From Lama glama (Eukaryota), in NCBI GenBank assembly GCA_028534125.1, contig CM052817.1, positions 39,000,001 through 39,064,000 of the forward strand: a stretch of 64,000 nt of DNA. Reading direction: 5' to 3'. Shown piece by piece: positions 37,700-49,433 of the stretch (its first letter is position 1; every line of letters begins with the position of its first letter). The position numbers and the translations under genes were made by a program. The notes beneath the pieces were generated by a model. That model ran no database searches, was not told the origin of the DNA, and worked only from the letters and a program-made list of their open reading frames with translations.

Positions 37700-40230
37700 C
37701 TCTCTAACTTGCACCCTGTGGGTCCTTGAGCCCAGGGCTGCAAAGAGGGGCAAGCGTGCACGAGAATGTCTGGTGGGGGAGGCCAGTGGCGGTACCTGCT
37801 GCGTGCATGACACGGGGATTGAGGCAGGTAGAGCTCACTGGATGGGTTTGCTTCTCTAGTTTGCTTCCTGACTGGCTTTAAGCCCAGGGGGCGGCGCCTC
37901 TGTGGACACCTGCATCGCACATCCCACCGTCCCAGGAAGCTCGGGCGCTTACCCTCAGGGACAGGTGCTGCAGGTTCCGGACCCCTTCAGGCCCCCCTAG
38001 AGCGGGAAAGGGCGCCTGTGGCCGCAGCCTTCCGTCATCAGGCTGTCCCTTACTTTATAGACCCCCCCTTCTCGTACTCTCCTCTGAGACCCTCCCAAGA
38101 TATGCAATGAGCTAAAATCCAGTCACTGGACAGCGGGTCTCAGGGTACTCATCTCCGCACATCACCAGACTCTCGCTACCATGTTCTCTACTTTCAGAGG
38201 TGACAAGGCCCAGGAAATTCTACAGAGTTCGGCAGTGGCAGGCACCAGGTTTCTCTCTCTGGTCCCGGTTCTGCCTTTTGGCAAGTTCCTTACTGACAGC
38301 CCAGCCAAACGAAGTGTGTTTGGGATTCAGGACGTTGGTCGCGCCACACCTGGCCCCAGTTCGCTTGAGCCGGGGGCAGGAGCCAACCCCGGGCCTGTAG
38401 CAGGCCCCGCCGCTGGGCAGTCCTGCGGGGGCCTGGGGGCTCCGCTTGCCGTTGCCGCGTGTGCGCAACCAGTCGGGCTCCTTTCTGTGGGACAGCTTCC
38501 CACTGAAACGACAGGGCTCGCGACCGACCAGATGGGGGCCCACCGATAGTACCGAGCCCCGCGGTACTATCTTCCTTTGATAACGCCCTCCCCAGAACTG
38601 ATCCTCTCGCAAACCGACCCCCTCCTCCCCACACACTTGACAGCGCGGCTTCGCAGAGGAATTAAAACCAGATACCAAGGGCAGAGCCGAGCACGGTCCA
38701 CTCTCCTTTCTTTTCCACCAGTAGGAGTTTTAGCCCGAGCCTGGCAGCCCCAAGTAGGCGCTGCGGCCCGGGCGCGCCCCCTGTAGGCTGGGCGGGCTGT
38801 TCAGGCGCTCGGGATCCCGGCGGGGGCTGGGCCCACGGAGGCCGAGCGCGCCCCCTGCAGGCATGGCGAGGGCCCCGACGTCCGTGCGCGTTCCGGGCGT
38901 GGTGGCCGCGCTCCTCTCGGTCCCGGGTTAGTCTGCGCCTCTGGCGTGGTCCGCGCACCGCGCCTTCGCTGCCGCCTGCCTGGGGAATGGTCCCTCTTCT
39001 GGGCCTCCCCAGGTCGCGGAGCTGCAGTGCGGGGGCAGTAGACGTCAGGTGTGCAATTTGTGGCGGGCCCTCTTCCCTGAGCTCCTGCACACAGACCTTC
39101 TAGGCGCACCACGCTCGCTTCCGCGTTTCCTGTCTTTTCTCCTTACTTGCTTATCACGAGGAAACCGTTAAGGCCACCGCAGCCATGCTGGACTTCACCA
39201 TTTAAAAAACGCTATTAAATGATATATTTAGAGAAGTATGTGCGCAGGTGTGTACAAAATTCTCTCTCACACACACTCCTGATCTTCCCCTACCGATTCT
39301 CCCCTCAATACTGCCTCTCCCCTCTTCCCTGCAGCTCCCACCAGGTATGTTCTAGAACAGACACAGGTTGCCAGCGCCGTCCACCAGCTGTCCCGAACAT
39401 CAGTTACAAATCTCCTCGAGGGACGAAAACATCTGTTCGGGTAGAGGCTGAAAGCCGAGGCGGCGGGTGTTGCGCGGCAGGGACGTACCACACTCCGGCG
39501 CGGCGCCAGGGAAGAGGGGCCCCTGACGGCCGTGAAGGATTATCGAGATCGAAGATGCCCCTCGCGGAAGGGCACCGCTAGGGCGTGCCGCGGCCTCTCA
39601 CGTCCTGCCGCACCCACCTCTGACCTTTATTCTTTCCCCACCCCCACTAGGCTCGTATGGGGCCCTTTCTTCCACCCTCCACGTTCGCGCCAGAGAAAGG
39701 TTTGCGCGCGCACCCCTGCCGCCGAGCGCGCCGGCTGGGTGCGGATGGCAGGGCGCGGCGCGGCGGCGGCGCACTGCGGGCGCAGGGATGGGGCGCTGTG
39801 GCCCGCGCGCTGGCCGCACCCCGGCTCGTAAACCCCGCCGAAGAGCGCGTTTGAGCCGTTCTTCCAGAGACAGGGAAGGTAGGCAGGGCCACCCGCAGTT
39901 ATGAGTACATTTTTTATTGTTTAGTTACGTTTTACTAGGTGGTACGCGTACCTGGTGAAAAGAAATTCAAGCGGGACAAAAGGATGCGCATGCAAGCAGG
40001 TATTTGAATATAACCTCCTGGGTGCCTTATCTGTGAAGTGCCCAAGCTCTTGAATTTCTGGGCACAGAGAGACCTTCGTGGGTCCCTTGCCCAGAGACTC
40101 GGGTGGGGGGCTGTTTCCCGAGTCATCCACAAACGCTGACGATTTCTCACTTGGTAGTTTCTCATGGCCCCTGCTCAACAGCAGTTCGCTGTGTGTTTCT
40201 CAGGAGAGCGGCTGCTTGTTCAGCCGGTTC
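37700..40230. promoter_or_regulatory. Orphan CpG island about 10-12 kb downstream of NKX6-1
   Basis: Dense CpG, very high GC, no recognisable coding exon. Confidence 0.85.
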
Positions 40231-41629
40231 TAGTTGAGCATAACTAGCTTTGTGACTTCAGAAGTGAGGGTTCCTGGTATCAAACGCTCATTATTGACTA
40301 CCTTGATGGCCAGTACGGGAGGGAGTATATGGAGGAGGGAGCGGCTTCATTTTTCTTTTCGTTTTCCCATTCCATTCACGGTGAACGTATTAATGGTTGA
40401 TAAAATGTAGTTTGTGACTGTAATTTGGGGACTGAGCTGTCCCAATAAATGTCATAAGATATAATACAAAAAGTACCCTCCAACTGTATGCGGGACTGTA
40501 TTGCTCTCAGTTTTGGCTACGGATGCACTAAAATAACCTGTTAACACACACCAAAGTGCATCCCTATAATAACCTCCTCAATCATTTATTAAAACTCGTG
40601 TCAAGCAGGCCAGTATAATTCATCTCTATGCAAATACATCAATGTCAGGCCATTAGTGTATTGCTCAGGTTTTTATTAAAGTGCATTCTTTTTAATTCAG
40701 GCCCGTAAAATACGAGCCCCATTGCTCAAGAATTATAGCAACTATTAGAGTAACATATGGGCAACATGCACTCAGAAAATAAAAACCAACAGATAAAGTG
40801 GCAGGGTCACATCGCAGGAGCAAACACTTAACAAAATGGCAGTGGGGTAATAGATTTTTCTCCCAGAGCCTTTGCAGGAGGGTGTCATGGGCATCAACAC
40901 CTCGGAAAAGGCAAGAGCCTCGAAGTTACTCTGCCCTGTCCCAAGCCCAGAACTCACCCTAGATGGCCTTTAGGAGTTAAGAGAGGAAAAGCTTTCAGAG
41001 GTCCTATCTGGCCTCATCTTTCGCTTTGAGGATTTCAACATTCACCAGAGAGAAAAGTCAATGTAGGCTGTATAGTTCAAACCATTGTCTGCCTTCTCAT
41101 CTTCCCACCTCGTCCCTCCTTCGCCCCCACCTCCCCGCGCACCCCCCCCCCCGCCCCCAGGCCAAGTCTCGGTGCAAACTAACACGACCGGGAGCCCCAC
41201 CCCCCACCTCGGAGTACTTTTTGAGATGTTCTTCCCCACCTTGTAGGAAAATTAAGAAGAAATGAACAGGGCCCAGGAAGGCCCGGGGACTTTCTGGTAA
41301 ATTTCCTCCTCACGTGTAGAAGCCTGGAGAAAAACTTTCTATGAAATCAAACCATGGCTAAATAGTACGGACATCTCCTTTAAACTCCCGACTCAGAAGA
41401 AACGTAGTGACCTCTGCCCGCTCCACCCCTTTCTCCCTCCCTTCCCGCAGGGCGCCCGCCAGTTTTCTTGGTTTGAACGCTTTGCTGTAAATTTTGCTAA
41501 ACCAGGACAAGCCCTATCTAGCCTGATCCCGGAGGGCCTTCGCTATTTTTTGTACCGATTACAGAGAATGGTGTGGGGAGCCCTGTATGCCTTCAACCAA
41601 CGCCCAACGCAAAGGTTTGAGGTGGGGTC

Positions 41630-41696
41630 AGGAGAAGGAGGGAGGGAGGAAGGGGAGAGAGAGAGAAAGAGAGAGAGAGAGAAAGAGAGAGAGAGC
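41630..41696. repeat. GA-rich purine repeat
   Basis: Read directly. Confidence 0.9.
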
Positions 41697-44600
41697 TATC
41701 AGGCCCAATTGAAAGCAGCCGCCGACAAATCTAATAGAGAAGTCAGCAGCAGCAAATTCAGTTTTTTATTTTTAATTCCATTAGAACAATCAACGTCTAG
41801 AGGCCTAAAAATAAACCTCAAATCCAAAACACAACAGAGCTCTCACAGAAAAATAGAGAGAAAAGGGGAAAAAACTCTTAAGAACAATCTCCCAGATTTA
41901 ATGAGAGTCTCCCACATCCTCATCACCCCAGCATGGTAATTGAGCAGATCTATTAACTTGTTACACTAGATTTGTTTAAAGAGACTATTACACAGTCATT
42001 TAATCAATTTGTTACACTGGAGGTCCTGACTTATGAGACACTTGCCTTATGATTCCTTAATGACTGAATTAATTTGTTTTAATAAAACCAACACTGTGTA
42101 CAAGTACATTTCTAGAAATGTAATTTTGGAGACAGAACAGTCCAATGCTTCATCTGATTAGGTCCTTTCTATGGTTTATCAGAGTCTGTAGTTTCTGACA
42201 TAGCTGCTTGTATGGAGTATTTTTCTTTTTTATAGCGCCATTAATTTAATATGGATCATTAGTTCTTTATACACATGCATGTTCTGACAAATGTACCCAA
42301 TGAATAATGCAGCTAATGTGCTTAGGCCCAAATGCATCACATCATAAACAGAGACCTCTGCAAAAATAACAACAATGAAATAAAACGCCACCTCTAGTCA
42401 CCGTGGTCAGCATCAGGCTAGCATTTCAAGTTACACTTAAGTACTGTTTTGCAGAGCAAGACATGTTTGGCCCCGGGATTATATCAACATAACCAACTGG
42501 GTCTAACTATGTAGTGAACACAAATAGATTTATGGTGAATTAAGGTTGTCTTGAGAGCAGATGCAGGACAAGAAAATCGGTTTTGCTCTTGATGGAAACT
42601 GACGTGTGTAGAATAAAATGTAAATAAACACAAAGTCCCCAAGAAAAAAGACTTGATGTTATTGATTATGTAAAATAATTGGGACATTACAAATGATAAT
42701 GTACTACAAATTGTTGGTATTTATGGCTGGATATTTTTGCAGGAAGAAACGATTTAGGCTGTGAAACACCACTTGAAAAATGGGGCATGATCTGAAGGGC
42801 AATAAAAAAATTAATAATGGAGGGAGTGGAATGATCAGTTTGTAGCTGATAACTGATATAAATGGTAACTGAATGAGCCTGCTGGCGAGGTAAACATTTG
42901 AGCCTACAGGAATATGAGGCAAGTGATGGCCCTGCATGATCACTCGAGGTATAAAGTGCTTCTGTATAATCTGTAACTACGCACAAAAGTCAAATATTGA
43001 CTAAATAGCTTAACGGTTATTACAGGGAAGAGGGAGAAGCTGGCTATATTTCCAATAAGGAGATGCTTTACAGATCTTTCTTAACAATGCTGGATAGGCA
43101 GGCATTTGAACTTGATTTCATTTTGGAAAAGACTCAAGGCTGCATCCATATTCTCAGTATCTTTGAATGTTTTCATGCCCTCCTTTTGAAACAAATGGAC
43201 ATGAAGTTGATGAATGGAATTTATAAATAAAAAGATATGTCTACTTCTACTGTATCAAGAGTCATTATGATTATTACATACCAATGAAACTCAGCTTAGA
43301 GGTATATGAATAGAAAGAAACTTGTTCTGCAAATAGTCTGAAAAAAAACCCATTAAGATTTCAATAAGAGGTACAAAAATCAGATGTGGTTATGATTACT
43401 GGTTTTGGTTAAACAGTGAATATTATTCACGGTTGGGATTCTTTTTTGAAACTAACTTTCCCCACATGGTCTGTTGATAAAATGAGCTATTTTTGAGTCA
43501 TTCACCACAGAGTTTGTGGATAACGTGGAAGATGCCACTAGAGTTTTGGTTTTTGAAGCATAAACGTTTGTAAAACAAGGAAGAGTTTTAGAAATCATAT
43601 AGTTCTACAGTTCTGACATTTCCACAGGCTACATTTATCTTTTCCCTTTCACTAGAGCTCAGTGATTTCTCTGCCTGAGACAGGAATGTTTATGATGATA
43701 AATCAGTGTTGTTTAATTAGATTCATCTTTACTTCATTTTAATGTTAGCTGGAAATGTATTTCTTTAGTTTATAAAAATGAATAATTTAATCACTCCTTG
43801 GTATAAAATGAGTGGCTTGAGACCAAAAATCAATGTTGGCTCCTTTTTGGAATTTTTTGACTCATTCTAAATTCCTTATGTAATATCTTACCCTCTTACT
43901 TTAATAAGTGAATTTTACGCATTTCTTCCTATTTGTAAGCAGCTAATGTAAAATATATTTGGTATTTATTACAAAGTAAATGAATTTGACCTTTTGCCCA
44001 TCTCACCAGATGCTATTTCTGACCATCCCAAAAAGCCTGTGTAAAGTCAACAGCATGAAACAGTTGAGGTCACGGAACCAACTCAAGGTCATTTTAATAC
44101 TGGCAAAAGGTTAATTAGATCACTGCATTAAAACAGGAATAGACTTTTACTCAACTTCATCTAAATAAGCATAGACAAGCTTACTTTACCTTTTAAGCTT
44201 TCCTTAAAGATTCGAGCTCATTTCTTAGAATGGTAAAAATAACTCTCCATAAATACAATTTTTAAGATTTCCTTCCCAAATTTTAGTAATATTTGTCATT
44301 TATTGGGTGCTTACTGTGTACCAGGCACAATGTAATGTACTTTACACATCTCACATACTTTACGTCATCTCATATAATCCTCTCAATAACTCTAGAAAGA
44401 AGATATTATTATTACTACTATTCCCATTTTACAGATGAGTATACTGAGGCTCAGAGAGGTTACTTCCTTGAACAAGATTAACAGAAGTATTAATCTGTAT
44501 TCAAATTCTGACTCTAAACTTAACTGCTGCCTTCATGAAATATATTACACACCATTTAAAACGCATAAGCTCTTTCATATCTTAATTTGCCCCTTTTGTT

Positions 44601-46164
44601 TTTCATATAGTTTAACATGATAGAAGTAGCTATGTCGGTTCCAAGAACAATGAACTTTTGTGCTTATCTCGTACAACACCTCAATAAAAAAGTATGAAGT
44701 ATGATGCTAAATCAGTGTTTTTTAATGAAAACTGTCCCATAGTGTGTATGACAATAAACATTACCAAGTGTAAATGGCCTGCCTGATCTTTGCAAATTAG
44801 GAAGTTCTTTTTGGCAACTAAGTGAAATGTAAGAGTAGACAGCAGGATGCCTATTAGTGCCCAGGACAAGTGCTTTACTTAATAATTCCTTATGCCCCTG
44901 AAGAAAAAGATTTGCACTCTCCAACTGTCCAAGGGACAGTTTCTTATAGGACTCTGTTGTTTCTAGAAAGAAACTTCTTTCCTAATAAATTGACTGATGG
45001 ACTGTTAATTACATCATGTTAGTTCACATGGATGCTGCTCAGACGAACCCTGGTAACTTTCATTGTGACTTAGGAATAGTTAGAACATTTCGGGTAACCA
45101 TCCCTCTTTAGAGTTACTTTTCCTGGCGCCTGGGAGGATTTGTTATTCAGAACTGTACCTTGGCACTGTATTGTTTTCTAATTGTTTTATCCAGTTATTA
45201 ACCTGCTTTCCCAAGTAGACTGGACTAAATAGTTTGAAGGGAAAAATACACATTCTGTCGTAGTCTTTCTTCATCCAGATTATTTTTCTGCTTGGTCTCT
45301 GAAATGTAATTCTGGGACATTTGCAGGCCACAGATTGCAGAGATGATCTTCTCATAAACTTATGTGTGCAGCTGGACGTCCTCTGGGACAGAGTTAAAAA
45401 GAAAGAATTCGTAAAAGGAGACAAGGTAAGTCAGACAAATGGTTTATTGTTGGGGCCCATGGGGAATTTTCCTTTTTGAATGACAAAATTATGATAATTT
45501 AATGAATATACCCATTCCTCAGATTCTAGAGTTTCCATAGTTTCCAACATAGAATTTAACTCTCATATATTAAATATGATAATTTTTTACTACTACTCTG
45601 AGGGCTGCCATGTACAATTTATGGTCTCCCAACCACTGCCGAGAACTCAAGAGTCCAACTCCACCCTGATGTACCACAGAGGCAGCAAATCCTATTTCCA
45701 AATTCTATGTGTTCGGACTCTATTTAAGTGGTTCTTGGTCAGGACTTTTCAGCTCGTGATCACTGTGGGCAGACTGAATGCTCCTGCTTTAGGTGAACTC
45801 CAGGGCAAGATGCTCCAGCTGTGAAATCTGGCCATAAAATCACAAGGCAGAACTTACCCGTGACGGTGGATCTGGAAAACCCTTCTTAGCTTTTCTCCTG
45901 GTTCTAATTTGGGACCTAGGCCAACTCTTTGGCCTTTCCTCTGGGGCTTTTATGAGACATCATGTCCTATCTTACAACCCTTAGACTGTAGTGAATCTCC
46001 AGATGGAAATGTAGCATCTTCTGGCTTTATGACCAATGGCATAGCAAAATTAAGTGAGATAATATGTAATGTACCTACAATAATGCTTGGCATGAAGTAA
46101 GGGTATAATAATTGGTAGCTGTTGTTATTATTGATGTTATTATTACTGTGACTATTGCTGTTTC

Positions 46165-47100
46165 TGTTTTTTTTCCCGGCATTATTGAGATATAATTTAC
46201 ATAACATCACATAAGTGTAAGGTGTACAATGTGCTGCTTTCATATGTGTATGCATTGTGAAATGATTACCACAATAAGATTAGTTAGCACATTCTTCACT
46301 TTACATAATTACCATTTTTTGTTGTTCTTTTGATAAGAACATTGAAGATTTACTCTTTTACCAACTTTTAAGTATACAATGCAGTGTTGTTAGCTATAGT
46401 CACCATACTGTACATTAGATTCCCCAGAACTGATTCATCTTATAACTGAAAGTTTGTTCCCTTTAATCATCTTCCCATTTCCCCACTGTCGGTGTTGCGA
46501 TACCATGTACACTTACACACCGTATGTGGAGAGAGCTGATGGCTACTCTGAAGCTTTATTAAGTTGCAAAGCCTTATATAGCAAAGAAGAATGACAAGGG
46601 AAATGGTTAACAGGCAGCGTCTGGCTCAAGGTCAGAAGACCCTTTATGTTTTGGTAAATCATGTTCGTGTTGGCACCAGCGAGCCTTATAGCTTATCTGG
46701 GCAGAATGTATGAGAAACGGCTGCTTCACAATATTCTTCTTGGACTCAGGCGGTTGTGCCTGTCTTACGTTGCCCCCCTCTGGGGATCTTACCCATCCTT
46801 GGCTAACCAGCCTTCTCACCTCTGAGTCTGCAGCTTTTTATAACTTGTTTACCGTTCTAGCCCAAGGCTCGTTCCCTTGTTCCCACAATCGGGGGTCTAC
46901 ACCCACCACCTAGCCCCTTACAGTTACCAACCAATCTGCTCTTTGTTTCTAAGAGTTCTGCTTTTTGAGATCCACATGTAAATGAAATCCTACAGAATTT
47001 GTCTTTCTCTCTCTGACTTATTTCACTTAGCATAATGCCCTCAAGGTCCAACCATGGTGTTGCAAACGGCAGGATTCCTTTCTTTGTTATGACTGAATAA

Positions 47101-47136
<36 letters not shown>

Positions 47137-47635
47137 TTCTCTTTACCCATTCATTGGTTGATGGACACTTAGGTTGTTTCCATGTCTTGGCTGTTGTGAA
47201 CAATGCACTGCAACGAACGTGGGGGTGCAGATATCTCTTTGATATCTTGATTTCATTTCCTTTAGACACATATGCAGAAGTGGGCTTGCTGGATCATGTG
47301 GTAGCTCTGTTTTTAAGTTTTTGAAAACATACGTACTGTTTCCCCCAGTGGCTGCATTAATTTACATTCTCACCAACAGTGCGCAAGTCCCCTTTTCTCC
47401 ACATTCTCACCAATTCTTCTCTCTCGTCTTTTTGACGATGGCCTTCTCCAGATGTGAGTTAATTTCTCAGTGTGGTTTTTGACTACCGTTTCCCTAATGG
47501 CTAGTGTTGTTGAGCACCTTCTCATATGCCTATTGGCTACTTATATGTCTTCTTTGGAAAAGTGTCTATTCACATCCTCTGCCCATTTTAAAATCAGATT
47601 ATTTGTATTTTTGCTATTGAGTTATATGAGTTTGC
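46165..47635 (-). mobile_element. L1 3' region (L1MA-like), split by an LTR insertion
   Basis: L1 3' UTR pattern; the reverse translation near 47000-47100 gives the ORF2 C-terminal-like 'ILPFATPWLDLEGIMLSEISQ'; (CT)n at 47104-47133. Confidence 0.85.
46487..46901 (-). mobile_element. Solo retroviral LTR (415 bp), family not recognised
   Basis: TGT...ACA termini; 5-bp TSD CCCAC at 46482-46486 and 46902-46906; minus-strand TATATAA (46574-46580) followed by AATAAA (46555-46560); L1 resumes on both sides. Confidence 0.8.
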
Positions 47636-49391
47636 TGTTATTGTTAATAAAGCCAGGTTGTCATAAGAACAACACTGGCCATAATGACCCTAATCAACTT
47701 CGACCCTTGGGAATGACTTCTGAATTCTGAAGCGCCTTGCTCTGAGCACAGTACAATGGCTGACATTTTATTTTTGGTACTCCACAGAGGCAAGAGTCAG
47801 TTTGAAGATGGGTCCCCCCACCTCCTTTTATAGGATAGCAATAAACACGGCTGTATCTCATTAAATTTAATGAGTCTTCATAAAATAACCATTACATTCT
47901 GAAAGTAATGAAAGAATAGCTTTGATGGTTAGTAAATAAACTACCAGGGGCAGTTTCATCACATTCTGCGGCTACACGGGGTACAGGCGACATCAGGAAG
48001 GGGCTGTGACATTTTTGTGGTAACACCAAGACAGGCTGTGCTTGGCTTCAGTGCATGAAAACCCATGAGGCAACAATCTTCATTTTGGCCAAAGTGTTCC
48101 TGTCTATGCCTTGGTTGTGAGATGTGATTAAATTGATTGGCTTAAAAATCTGCTAAAGGATTTTATGTGTACCATGTCACTGATATTGAATTTGAATACT
48201 ATCGTAGTAGGTTAGACTAAATAATTTATTTTATAAACATAGAGGTAGAGCAGATTGAATAGAGTATGCAAATTTATGTAAATAACCCTACAAATTCAGA
48301 CTCTTCTGATCCAAGAGCCCTGGTACTTTATAAACAGGCCTGTAACATTGTAAATCAGGACTTATTAACCTGTGGTCCATGGCCCAGTAGGGTCCTGAAT
48401 TTATATGCAAAATTGCCTGCGTGTGTATTTTTCTGGAGGGAGTGTCCATAGCTTTCATTATATTCTCAAAGGGGTTCACAACAAAAGAGTGTAAGAACCA
48501 TACATAACATTGTATAAATATTCTAGATGGTCATATTAAATCAAATCACATTTATTTATACTCTCTGCTTTTCAGAAAGTGTTACTTAATTAGAATAAAA
48601 ATCTGCTACTTATTTAAAATCTAGCTAGAACAAAAAGTTCCTGACTTTTTAATGAAATCTTTCAGTTTCCTTTATAGATATATAAATTAAAAAAACTCTA
48701 TTCTTTCATATACTTGAATTTTTCTATATTACTTTTCACTCCAGACTACTATCTCACCTTCAGTAGTTGTTTTAGTTTTAATTTTCAATCTTCATTTTTT
48801 GAAGTCATTTTGATACCAAGCCACCAAAGGCTTTGGTCAAAGAAAATGGGTCTGAAAATAGGCTAAGAAGGAACAAAGAAAAGTGAACCTACTTGTAAAC
48901 AATCCTTTCTGGTGCTGTTTTTTTTTTTTTTTCTTCCAAATGTCTTTTAATCTAGATTATAAACTTCCTGAATTAATCTAATAATTATTCCAATATTTCA
49001 GATTGCCAAATATAGCAGGAACACTCATGCCCCTAGGTTATCCCTGTGAGATAGGTAGAGCTTACGTAAGACAGTTTTACAGCTGTGTAAAATGAGATCC
49101 GAGGAAATGCGCTGATGATCACAGAGTCCGGGTCTCTACAAGCAAAGCGAAGGCAGGATTTTAGAGCTGGAAGGAATCTTTGACATTGCTGAGTCATTCT
49201 TTACCAAATTAAAAACAAACAAACAAACTTTAAACTGGAACTCGCCTCCTAAATCCCAACCGAGAGCTTACTTATGACACCATATCACCAAAGCAGTCAG
49301 GTGTGTGTTTGGGGTGGAAATGAACACAGCACTCTCAGTGCATACCACCTCAGAGAGAATTTCCAATGTGGCTGTTTCTTTTCTCTCCTAT

Positions 49392-49394
<3 letters not shown>

Positions 49395-49430
<36 letters not shown>
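49395..49430. repeat. (TG)n microsatellite
   Basis: Read directly. Confidence 0.95.

Positions 49431-49433
<3 letters not shown>

Noticed and set aside
38181..39892. Overlapping 100-150 aa ORFs in the downstream CpG island
   Set aside because: Arg/Pro/Gly/Ala-rich on both strands, many with non-ATG starts, and no homology or splice structure that I can see
37881..42400. Weaker CTCF-like words near 37884 and 42385
   Set aside because: Several mismatches in core positions
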